64,000 nucleotides of DNA from the human T2T-CHM13v2.0 reference genome, Homo sapiens, in NCBI RefSeq assembly GCF_009914755.1, contig NC_060933.1. One strand, written 5' to 3'. The notes beneath the pieces are model-generated. The model had not been told where the DNA came from, made no database searches, and was given only the letters and a program-made list of their open reading frames with translations. The position numbers and the translations under genes were made by a program. Shown one piece after another: positions 1 to 13,520 of this stretch (positions within the stretch are counted from its first letter, which is position 1; the number at the start of each line of letters is the position of its first letter).

Positions 1-3000
1 TGAATGGAATGGAATGGAATGGAAGTAAATGGAATGGAATGTAATGAACCCGAGGGCAGGGGAATGGAATGCAATGGAATGCAATGGAATGGAATGGAAT
101 GGAATGGAATGGAGTGGAATGGAATGGAATGGAATAGAATTAACCCGAATAGAATGGAATTGAATGGAATGGAATGGAATGGAAGTAAATGGAATGGAAT
201 GTAATGAACCCGAGGGCAGGGGAATGGAATGGAATGGAATGCAATGGAATGGAGTCATCCGGAATGGAACAGAAAGGAATGGAATGGAATCAACCCGTGT
301 GCAATGGAATGGAAAGGAATGGAATGGAATGGAATGGAATGGAATGGAATGGATTCAACCCGAATGGAATGGAAAGGAAGGGAATCAACCCAAGTGGAAT
401 GGCATGGAATGGAATGGAATGGAATGGAATGGAATGGTACCGAATAGAATGGAATGGAACGAAATGGAATAGAATGGAATGGAATGGTATGGAAACAACC
501 CGAATGGAATGGAATGAAATGGAGTGTAAGGGAATTGAATACAATCAATCCGAATGTAACGGAATGGAATGGAACGGAATGGAATGGAATGGAATGGAAT
601 GCAGTGGAATGGAATCAAACCTAGTGCAATGGAATGGAATGGAATGGAATGGAATGGAATGGAATGGAATGGAATGGATTCAACCCAAATGGAATGGAAA
701 GCAATGGAATCAACCCGAGTGGAATGGCATGGAATGGAATGGAACGGAATGGAATGGAATGGAATGGAATGGAATGGAATGGAATGGAATGGTACGGAAT
801 AGAATGGAATGGAACGAAATGGAATGGAATGGAATGGAATGGAATGGAATGGAACGGAAAGGAATGGAATGGATTCAACTCGAATGGAATGGAAAGGAAT
901 GGAATCAACCCGAGTGGAATAGCATGGATTGGAATGGAAAGGAATGGAATGGAATGGTACGGAATAGAGTGGAATGGAACGAAATGGAATGGAATGGAAT
1001 GGAATGGAATGGAATGGAATGGAATGGAATGGAATGGAATCAACCCGAGTGCAGGGGAATGGAGTGGAATGGAAGGCAATGGAATGGAATCATCCGGAAT
1101 GGAATGGAATGGAATGGAATGGAATGGAATGGAATCAACCTGAGTGCAGGGGAATGGAATGCAATGGAATGCAATGGAATGGAATGGAATGGAATGCAAT
1201 GGAAACAACTCGATTGCAATGGAATGGAATGGAATGGAATGGAATGGAATGGAATGGAATGGAATGGAATGGAATTAACCTGAACAGAATGGAATGGAAT
1301 GGAATGGAATGGAACGGAATGGAATGGAATGGAATGGAATGGAATCAACCCGAGTGCAGGGGAATGGAATGGAAGGGAATGCAATGGAATGGATTCATCC
1401 GGAATGGAATGGAATGGAATGGAATGCAATGGAATGGAATCAATCAACCCGAGTGCAATGCAATGGAGTGGAATGGAATGGAATGGAACGGAAACTACCC
1501 GAATGGAATGGAATGTAATGGAGTGTAAGGGAATTGAAAAGAATCAATCCGAATGTAATGGAATGGAATGGAACGGAATGAAATGGAATGGCATGGAATG
1601 GAATGGAATCAACCCGAGTTCAATGGAATGGAATTGAACGGAATGGAATGGAAAGGAATGGATTCAACCCGAATGGAATGGAAAGGAATGGAATGGAATG
1701 GAATGGAATGGTACGGAATAGAATGGAATGGAACGAAATGGAATGGAATGGAATGGAATGGAATGGAATGGAATGGAATGAACCCGTGTGCAATGGATTG
1801 GAATGGAATGGAATGGAATGGAATGGAATGGTTTCAACTCGAATGGAATGGAAACGAATGGAATCAACCCGAGTGGAATGGCATGGAATGGAATGGAATG
1901 GAATGGAATGGAATGGAAAGGAATGGAATAGAATGAAATGGAATGGAATGGAATGGAATGGAAACAACACGAGTGCAATGTAATGGAATCGAGTGGAATG
2001 GAATTGAATGGATAGGAATGGATTCAATCCGAATGGAATGGAAAGGAATGGAATAAACCCGAGAGGAATAGCATGGAATGGAGTGGAATGGAATGGAATG
2101 GAATGGAATGGTATGGAATAGAATGGAATGGAACTAAATGGAATGGAATGGAATGGAATGGAATGGAATAGAATGAACCCGTGTGCAATGGAATGGAATG
2201 GAATGGAATGGAATGGAATGGATTCAACTCGAATGGAATGGAAAGGAATGGAATCAACCCGAGTGGAATAGCATGGATTGGAATGGAAAGGAATGGAATG
2301 GAATGGTACGGAATAGAGTGGAATGGAACGAAATGGAATGGAATGGAATGGAATGGAATGGAATGGAATGGAATCAACCCGAGTGCAGGGGAATGGAGTG
2401 GAATGGAAGGCAATGGAATGGAATCATCCGGAATTGAATGGAATGGAATGGAATGGAATGGAATCAACTCGATTGAAATGGAATGGAATGGAATGGAATG
2501 GAGTGGATGGGAATGGAATGGAATGTAATGAACCCGAGTGCAGGGGAATGGAATGGAATGGAATGCAATGGAATGGAGTCATCCTGAATGGAACGGAATG
2601 GAATGGAATGGAATCAACTCATGTGCAATATAATGGAATCGAAAGGAATGGAATGGAATGGAATGGATTCAACCAAAATGGAATGAAAAGGAATGGAATA
2701 AACCCGAGTGGAATGGCATGGAATGGAGTGGAATGGAATGGAATGGAATGGTACAGAATAGAATGGAATGGAACGAAATGGAATGGAATGGAATGGAATG
2801 GAATGGAATGGAATGGAACGGAATGCAATGGAATGGAATGGAATGGAATGAACCCGTGTGCAATGGAATGGAATGGAATGGATTGGGTTCAACACTAATG
2901 GAATGCAAAGGAATGGAATCAACACGAGTGGAATGGCATGGAATGGAATGGAATGGAATGGAATGGAATGGAATGGAATGAAATGGAATGGAATGGAATG

Positions 3001-6000
3001 GAATGGAATCAACCTGAGTGCAGTGTAATGGAATCGAATGGAATGGAATGGAATGGAATGGATTCAACCCGAATGGAATGGAAAGGAATGGACTAAACCC
3101 GAGTGGAATGGCATGGAGTGGAGTGGAATGGAATGGAATGGAATGGAATGGAATGGTACGGAATAGAATGGAATGGAACGACATGGAATGGAATGGAATG
3201 GAATGGAATGGAATGGAATGGAATGAACCCGTGTGCAATGGAATGGAATCGAATGGAATGGAATGGATTGGAATGGATTCAACTCGAATGGAATGGAAAG
3301 GAATGGAATCAACCCGAGTGGAATGGCATGGAATGGAATGGAATGGAATGGAATGGAATGGAATGGAATGGAATGGTACGGAATAGAATGGAAAGGAACG
3401 AAATGGAATGGAATGAAATGGAATGGAATGGAATGGAATGGAATGGAATGGAATGGAATGGAATCAACCCGAGTGCAGGGGAATGGAATGGAATTGAAGG
3501 CAATGGAATGGAATCATCCGGAATTGAATGTAATGGAATGGAATCAACTCGATTGCAATGGAATGGAATGGAATGGAATGGAATGGAATGGAATGGAATG
3601 GAATGGAATTAACCCGAATAGAATGGAATGGAATGGAATGGAAGTAAATGGAATGGAAGGTAATGAACCCGAGTGCAGGGGAATGGAATGGAATGGAATG
3701 CAATGGAATGGAGTCATCCGGAATGGAACGGAAAGGAATGGAATGGAACCAACCCGTGTGCAATGGAATTGAAAGGAATGGAATGGAATGGAATGGAATG
3801 GAATGGAATGGAATGGATTCAACCCGAATGGAATGGAAAGGAAGGGTATCAACCCAAGTGGAATGGCATGGAATGGAATGGATAGGAATGGAATGGAATG
3901 GAATGGTACAGAATGGAATAGAACGGAATGTTACCGAATAGAATGGAATGGAACGAAACGGAATGGAATGGAATGGAATGGAATGGAATGAACCCGTGTG
4001 CAATGGATTGGAATGGAATGGAATGGAATGGAATGGAATGGGTTCGACTCGAATGGAACGGAATGGAATGAAATCAAACCGAGTGGAATGGCATGGAATG
4101 GAATGGAATGGAATGGAATGGAATGGAATGGAATGGAAACCACACGAGTGCAATGTAATGGAATCGAATGGAATGGAATGCAATGGATTCAACCCGAATG
4201 GAATGGAAACGAATGGAATAAAACCGAGTGGAATGGCATGGAATGGAGTCTAATGGAATGGAATGGAATGGAATGGTATGGAATAGAATGGAATGGAACG
4301 AAATGGAATGGAATGGAATGGAATGAAATGAACCCGTGTGCAATGGAATGGAATGGAATGGAATGGAATGGAATGGATTCAACTCGAATGGAATGGAAAG
4401 GAATGGAATCAACCCGAGTGGAATGGCATGGAATGGAATGGAATGGAATGGAATGGAATGGAATTAACCCTAATAGAATGGAATGGAATGGAATGGAATG
4501 GAATGGAATGGAATGGAAGGAAATGGAATGGAATGGAATGGAATGGAATGGAATGGTACGGAATAGAATGGAATGGAACGAAATGGAATGGAATGGAATG
4601 GAATGGAATGGAATGGAATGGAATGGAATGGAATGGAATCAACCCGAGTGCAGGGGAATGGAATGGAATGGAAGGCAATGGAATGACATCATTCGGAATT
4701 GAATGGAATGGAATGGAATCAACTCGATTGAAATGGAATGGAATGGAATGGAATGGAATGGAATGGAAGTGAATGGAATGGAATGTAATGAAACCGAGTG
4801 CAGGGGAATGGAATGGAATGGAATGCAATGGAATGGAGTCATCCGGAATGGAACGGAATGGAATGGAATGGAATCAACCCGAGTGCAATGGAATGGAATG
4901 GAATGGAAAGGAATGGAATGGAATGGACTCAACCCGAATGGAATGGAAAGGAATGGAATCAACCCGAGAGGAATGGCATGGAATGGAATGGAATGGAATG
5001 GAGTGGAATGGTACAGAATAGAATGTAATGGAACGAAATGGAATGGAATGGAATGGAATGGAATGGAATCATTCCGAGTGGAATAGAAGGGAATGTTTTC
5101 GAGTGGAATGAAAAGGAATGGAATCAACCAGAGTGGAATGGAATGGAATCGAGTGGAATGGAATGCAATCGAATGGAATGGAAAGGAATAGAATGGAATC
5201 AACCCGAGTGGAATGGAATGGAAAGGACTGGAATGGAATGGAATGGAATGCAATGGAATCAACTCGATTGCAATGAAATGGAATGGAATGGAATGGAATG
5301 GAATGGAATGGAATGTAATTAACCGGAATAGAATGGAATTGAATGGAATGGAATGGAATGGAATGGAATGGAATGGAATGGAATGGAATGGAATGGAAGG
5401 AAATGGAATGGAATGGAATGGAATGGAATGGAATGGAATGGAATGGAAGGAAATGGAATGGAATGGAATGGAATGGAATGGAATGGTATGGAATAGAATG
5501 GAATGGAACGAAATGGAATGGAATGGAATGGAATGGAATGGAATGGAATGGAATGGAATGAAATCAACCCGAGTGCAGGGGAATGGAATGGAATGGAAGG
5601 CAATGGAATGAAATCATTCGGAATTGAATGGAATGGAATGGAATGGAATGGCATGGAATCAACTCGATTGAAACGGAATGGAATGGAATGGAATGGAATG
5701 GAATGGAATGGAATGGAAGTGAATGGAATGGAATGTAATGAAACCGAGTGCAGGGGAATGGAATGGAATGGAATGCAATGGAATGGAGTCATCCGGAATG
5801 GAACGGAATGGAATGGAATGGAATCAACCCGAGTGCAATGGAATGGAATGGAATGGAAAGGAATGGAATGGAATGGATTCAACCCGAATGGAATGGAAAG
5901 GAATGGAATCAACCCGAGAGGAATGGCATGGAATGGAATGGAATGGAATGGAGTGGAATGGTACGGAATAGAATGTAATGGAACGAAACGGAATGGAATG

Positions 6001-6209
6001 GAATGGAATGGAATGGAATGGAATGGAATCATTCCGAGTGGAATAGAAGGGAATGTTTTCGAGTGGAATGAAAAGGAATGGTATCAACCAGAGTGGAATG
6101 GAATGGAATCGAATGGAATGGAAAGGAATAGAATGGAATCAACCCGAGAGGAATGGAATGGAAAGGACTGGAATGGAATGGAATGGAATGGAATGGAATG
6201 GAATGGAAT

Positions 6210-9200
6210 CATTCCAAATGGAATAGAAGGGAATGTTTTCGAGTGGAATGAAAAGGAATGGAATCAACCAGAATGGAATGGAATGGAATCGAGTGGAATG
6301 GAATGCAATCGAATGGAATGGAAAGGAATAGAATGGAATCAACCTGAGTGGAATGGAATGGAAAGGACTGGAATGGAATGGAATGGAATGCAATGGAATC
6401 AACTCGATTGCAATGAAATGGAATGGAATGGAATGGAATGGAATGGAATTAACCGGAATAGAATGGAATTGAATGGAATGGAAAGGAATGGAATGGAATA
6501 GAATGGAATGGAATGGATTCAACTCGAATGGAATGGAAAGGAATGGAATCAACCCGAGTGGAATGGCATGGAATGGAATGGAATTAACCCTAATAGAATG
6601 GAATGGAATGGAATGGAATGGAATGGAATGGAAGGAAATGGAATGGAATGGAATGGAATGGAATGGAATGGAATGGAAGGAAATGGAATGGAATGGAATG
6701 GAATGGAATGGAATGGAATGGTACGGAATAGAATGGAATGGAACGAAATGGAATGGAATGGAATGGAATGGAATGGAATGGAATGGAATGGAATGGGATG
6801 GAATGGAATGAAATCAACCCGAGTGCAGGGGAATGGAATGGAATGGAAGGCAATGGAATGAAATCATTCGGAATTGAATGGAATGGAATGGAATGGAATG
6901 GAATCAACTCGATTGAAATGGAATGGAATGGAATGGAATGGAATGGAATGGAAGTGAATGGAATGGAATGTAATGAAACCGAGTGCAGGGGAATGGAATG
7001 GAATGGAATGCAATGGAATGGAGTCATCCGGAATGGAACGGAATGGAATGGAATGGAATCAACCCGAGTGCAATGGAATGGAATGGAATGGAATGGAAAG
7101 GAATGGAATGGAATGGATTCAACCCGAATGGAATGGAAAGGAATGGAATCAACCCGAGAGGAATGGCATGGAATGGAATGGAATGGAATGGAGTGGAATG
7201 GTACGGAAGAGAATGTAATGGAACGAAACGGAATGGAATGGAATGGAATGGAATGGAATGGAATCATTCCGAGTGGAATAGAAGGGAATGATTTCGAGTG
7301 GAATGAAAAGGAATGGTATCAACCAGAGTGGAATGGAATGGAATCGAATGGAATGGAATGGAATGGAATGGAATGGAATGGAACGGAACGGAACGGAATG
7401 GAATGGAATGGAATGGAATGGAATGGAATGAACCCGTGTGCAATGGAATGGAATGGAATGGAATGGGTTCAACACGAATGGAATTCAAAGGAATGGAATC
7501 AACACGAGTGGAATGGCATGGAATGGAATGGAATGGAATGGAATGGAATGGAATGGAATGGAATGAAATGGAATGGAAAGGAATGGAATGGAATCAACCC
7601 GAGTGCAGTGTAATGGAATCGAATGGAATGGAATGGAATGGAATGGATTCAACACGAATGGAATGGAAAGGAATGGAATAAACCCGCGTGGAATGGCATG
7701 GAATGGAGTGGAATGGAATGGAATGGAATGGAATGGAATCAACCCGAGTGCAATGTAATGGAATCGAATGGAATGGAATGGAATGGAATGGATTCAACCC
7801 GAATGGAATGGAAAGGAATGGAATAAACCCGAGTGGAATGGCATGGAGTGGAGTGGAATGGAATGGAATGGAATGGAATGGAATGGTACGGAATAGAATG
7901 GAAAGGAACGAAATGGAATGGAATGGAATGGAATGGAATGGAATGGAAAGGAATGGAATGAACCCGTGTGCAATGGAATGGAATCGAATGGAATGGAATG
8001 GATTGAAATGGATTCAACTCGAATGGAATGGAAAGGAATGGAATCAACCCGAGTGGAATGGCATGGAATGGAATGGAATGGAATGGAATGGAATGGAATG
8101 GAATGGTACGGAATAGAATGAAAAGGAACGAAATGGAATGGAATGAAATGGAATGGAATGGAATGGAATGGAATGGAATGGAATGGAATGGAATGGAATG
8201 GAATGGAATCAACCCGAGTGCAGGGGAATGGAATGGAATTGAAGGCAATGGAATGGAATCATCCGGAATTGAATGGAATGCAATGGAATCAACTCGATTG
8301 CAATGGAATGGAATGGAATGGAATGGAATGGAATGGAATGGAATGGAATGGAATGGAATGGAATTAACCAGAATAGAATGGAATGGAATGGAATGGAAGT
8401 AAATGGAATGGAATGTAATGAACCCGAATGCAGGGGAATGGAATGGAATGGAATGCAATGGAATGGTGTCATCCGGAATGGAACGGAAAGGAATGGAATG
8501 GAACCAACCCGTGTGCAATGGAATTGAAAGGAATGGAATGGAATGGAATAGAATGCAATGGAATGGAATGGAATGGATTCAACCCGAATGGAATGGAAAG
8601 GAAGGGAATCAACCCAAGTGGAATGGCATGGAATGGAATGGATTGGAATGGAATGGAATGGAATGGTACCGAATAGAATGGAATGGAACGAAATGGAATG
8701 GAATGGAATGGAATGGAATGGAATGGAATGAACCCGTGTGCAATGGATAGGAATGGAATGGAATGGAATGGAATGGAATGGGTTCGACTGGAATGGAACG
8801 GAATGGAATGAAATCAACCCGAGTGGAATGGCATGGAATGGAATGGAATGGAATGGAATGGAATGGAAACAACACGAGTGCAATGTAATGGAATGGAATG
8901 GAATGGAATGGAATGGATTCAACCCGAATGGAATGGAAACGAATGGAATAAAACCGAGTGGAATGGCATGGAATGGAGTCTAATGGAATGGAATGGAATG
9001 GAATGGTATGGAATAGAATGGAATGGAACGAAATGGAATGGAATGGAATGGAATGAAATGAACCCGTGTGCAATGGAATGGAATGGAATGGAATGGAATG
9101 GAATGGAATGGAATGGATTCAACTCGAATGGAATGGAAAGGAATGGAATCAACCCGAGTGGAATGGCATGGAATGGAATGGAATGGAATGGAATGGAATG

Positions 9201-11030
9201 GAATGGAATTAACCCTAATAGAATGGAATGGAATGGAATGGAATGGAATGGAATGGAATGGAATGGAAGGAAATGGAATGGAATGGAATGGAATGGAATG
9301 GAATGGAATGGAATGGAATGGAATGGTACGGAATAGAATGGAATGGAACGAAATGGAATGGAATGGAATGGAATGGAATGGAATAGAATGGAATGGAATG
9401 GAATCAACCCGAGTGCAGGGAAATGGAATGGAATGGAAGGCAATGGAATGACATCATTCGGAATTGAATGGAATGGAATGGAATGGAATGGAATCAACTC
9501 GATTGAAATGGAATGGAATGGAATGGAATGGAATGGAATGGAATGGAATGGAATGGAAGTGAATGGAATGGAATGTAATGAAACCGAGTGCAGGGGAATG
9601 GAATGGAATGGAATGCAATGGAATGGAGTCATCCGGAATGGAAAGGTATGGAATGGAATGGAATCAATCCGAGTGCAATGGAATGGAATGGAATGGAAAG
9701 GAATGGAATGGAATGGATTCAACCCGAATGGAATGGAAAGGAATGGAATCAACCCGAGAGGAATGGCATGGAATGGAATGGAATGGAATGGAGTGGAATG
9801 GTACAGAATAGAATGTAATGGAACGAAATGGAATGGAATGGAATGGAATGGAATGGAATCATTCCAAATGGAATAGAAGGGAATGTTTTCGAGTGGAATG
9901 AAAAGGAATGGAATCAACCAGAATGGAATGGAATGGAATCGAGTGGAATGGAATGCAATCGAATGGAATGGAAAGGAATAGAATGGAATCAACCTGAGTG
10001 GAATGGAATGGAAAGGACTGGAATGGAATGGAATGGAATGCAATGGAATCAACTCGATTGCAATGAAATGGAATGGAATGGAATGGAATGGAATGGAATG
10101 GAATTAACCGGAATAGAATGGAATTGAATGGAATGGAAAGGAATGGAATGGAATAGAATGGAATGGAATGGATTCAACTCGAATGGAATGGAAAGGAATG
10201 GAATCAACCCGAGTGGAATGGCATGGAATGGAATGGAATTAACCCTAATAGAATGGAATGGAATGGAATGGAATGGAATGGAATGGAAGGAAATGGAATG
10301 GAATGGAATGGAATGGAATGGAATGGAATGGAAGGAAATGGAATGGAATGGAATGGAATGGAATGGAATGGAATGGAATGGTACGGAATAGAATGGAATG
10401 GAACGAAATGGAATGGAATGGAATGGAATGGAATGGAATGGAATGGAATGGGATGGAATGGAATGAAATCAACCCGAGTGCAGGGGAATGGAATGGAATG
10501 GAAGGCAATGGAATGAAATCATTCGGAATTGAATGGAATGGAATGGAATGGAATGGAATCAACTCGATTGAAATGGAATGGAATGGAATGGAATGGAATG
10601 GAATGGAATGGAATGGAATGGAATGGAATGGAAGTGAATGGAATGGAATGTAATGAAACCGAGTGCAGGGGAATGGAATGGAATGGAATGCAATGGAATG
10701 GAGTCATCCGGAATGGAACGGAATGGAATGGAATGGAATCAACCCAAGTGCAATGGAATGGAATGGAATGGAATGGAAAGGAATGGAATGGAATGGATTC
10801 AACCCGAATGGAATGGAAAGGAATGGAATCAACCCGAGAGGAATGGCATGGCATGGAATGGAATGGAATGGAGTGGAATGGTACGGAAGAGAATGTAATG
10901 GAACGAAACGGAATGGAATGGAATGGAATGGAATGGAATGGAATCATTCCGAGTGGAATAGAAGGGAATGATTTCGAGTGGAATGAAAAGGAATGGTATC
11001 AACCAGAGTGGAATGGAATGGAATCGAATG
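6210..11030 (+). repeat. ~3.65-3.68 kb local tandem period (about 1.3 copies)
   Basis: ATTCCAAATG 6211/9861, GGGATGG ~6795/10450, GTACGGAAGA 7201/10881, ATTTCGAGTG 7291/10971. Confidence 0.8.
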
Positions 11031-11934
11031 GAATGGAAAGGAAAAGAATGGAATCAACCCGAGTGGAATGGAATGGAAAGGACTGGAATGGAATGGAATG
11101 GAATGCAATGGAATCAACTCGATTGCAATGAAATGGAATGGAATGGAATGGAATGGAATGGAATGGAATGGAATGGAATGGAATGGAATAGAATGGAAAG
11201 GAATCACCCCAAGTGCAGGGGAATTTAATGGAATGGAATGCAGTGGAATGGAATCATCCGGAATGGAATGGAATGGAATGGAATGGAACGGAATGGAATG
11301 GAATCAACTCGATTTCAATGGAATGGAAAGGAATGGAATGGAATGGAATGCAATGGAATCGTACGGAATAGAATGGAATGGAACGAAATGGAATGTAATG
11401 GAATGGAATGGAATGGAATGGAATGGAATGGAATGGAATGGAACGGAATGGAATGGAATGAACCCGCGTGCAATGGAATGGAATGGAATGGAATGGAATG
11501 GAATGGAATGGGTTCAACTCGAATGGAATGGAAAGGAATGGAATCAACACGAGTGGAATGGCATGGAATGGAATGGAATTGAATGAAATGGAATGGAATG
11601 GAATGGAATGAAATGTAATGGAATGAAAAGGAATGGAATCAACACGAGTGGAATGGCATGGAATGGAATGGAATTGAATGAAATGGAATGGAATGGAATG
11701 GAATGAAATGTAATGGAATGGAATGGAATGGAATCAACCCGAGTGCAATGTAATGGAATCGAATGGAATGGAATGGAATGGAAAGGATTCAACCCGAATG
11801 GAATTAAAAGGAATGGAATATACCCGAGTGGAATGGCATGGAATGGAGTGGAATGGAATGGAATGGAATGGTACGGAATAGAATGGAATGTAACGAAATG
11901 GAATGGAAGGGAATGGAATGGAATGGAATGGAAT

Positions 11935-13520
11935 GAACCCGTGTGCAATGGAATGGAATGGAATGGAATGGAATGGAATGGAATGGATTCAACTCTAATG
12001 GAATGGAAGGGAATGGAATCAACGCGAGTGGAATGGCATGGAATGGAATGGAATGGAATGGAATGGAATGGAGTGTAATGGAATGGTACGGAATAGAATG
12101 GAATGGAAAGAAATGGAATGGAATGAAATGGAATGGAATGGAATGGAATGGAATGGAATGGAATGGAATCAACCCGAGTGCAGGGGAATGGAATGGAAAT
12201 GAAGGCAATGGAATGGAATCATCCGGAATTGAATGGAATGGAATGGAATCAACTCGATTGCAATGGAATGGAATGGAATGGAATGGAATGGAATGGAATG
12301 GAATGGAATGGAATTAACCCGAATAGAATGGAATGGAATGGAATGGAATGGAATGGAATGGTACGGAATAGAATGGAATGGAACGAAATGGAATGGAATG
12401 AAATGGAATGGAATGGAATGGAATGGAATCAACCCGACAGCAGGGGAATGGAATGGAATTGAAGGCAATGGAATGGAATCATCCGGAATTGAATGGAATG
12501 GAATGGAATCAACTCGATTGCAATGGAATGGAATGGAATGGAATGGAATGGAATGGAATGGAATGGAATGGAATGGAATGGAATGGAATTAACCCGAATA
12601 GAATGGAATGGAATGGAATGGAATGGAATGGAAGTAAATGGAATGGAATGGAATGAACCCGAGTGCAGGGGAATGGAATGGAATGGAATGCAATGGAATT
12701 GAGTCATCCGGAATGGAACAGAAAGGAATGGAATGGAATGAACCCGTGTGCAATGGAATTGAATGGAATGGAATGGAATGGAATGGATTCAACTCTAATG
12801 GAATGGAAGGGAATGGAATCAACGCGAGTGGAATGGCATGGAATGGAATGGAATGGAAAGGAATAGAATGGAGTGGAATGGAATGGTACGGAATAGAATG
12901 GAATGGAATGAAATGGAATGGAATGAAATGGAATGGAATGGAATGGAATGGAATGGAATGGAATGGAATGGAATCAACCCGAGTGCAGGGGAATGGAATG
13001 GAATTGAAGGCAATGGAATGGAATCATCCGGAATTGAATGGAATGGAATGGAATCAACTCGATTGCAATGGAATGGAATGGAATGGAATGGAAAGGAATG
13101 GAATGGAATGGAATGGAATTAACCCGAATAGAATGGAATGGAATGGAATGGAATGGAATGGTACGGAATAGAATGGAATGGAATCAAATGGAATGGAATG
13201 AAATGGAATGGAATGGAATGGAATGGAATGGAATCAACCCGACTGCAGGGGAATGGAATGGAATTGAAGGCAATGGAATGGAATCATCCGGAATTGAATG
13301 GAATGGAATGGAATCAACTCGATTGCAATGGAATGGAATGGAATGGAATGGAATGGAATGGAATTGAATGGAATGGAATGGAATTAACCCGAATAGAATG
13401 GAATGGAATGGAATGGAATGTAATGGAAGTAAATGGAGTGGAATGTAATGAACCCGAGTGCAGGGGAATGGAATGGAATGGAATGCAATGGAATGGAGTC
13501 ATCCGGAATGGAACAGAAAG
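11935..13520 (+). repeat. ~800 bp tandem duplication with a nested ~260 bp duplication
   Basis: AACTCTAATGGAATGGAAGGG 11991/12791. The CAACCCGA..GCAGGGG..GAAGGCAAT..CATCCGGAATTG module occurs at 12170, 12430, 12975 and 13235. Confidence 0.8.

Noticed and set aside
6210-11030. DYZ1 (Yq12, ~3.6 kb unit) suggested by the 3.65 kb period
   Set aside because: The period covers only about 1.3 copies and does not persist across the window; the size match looks coincidental.
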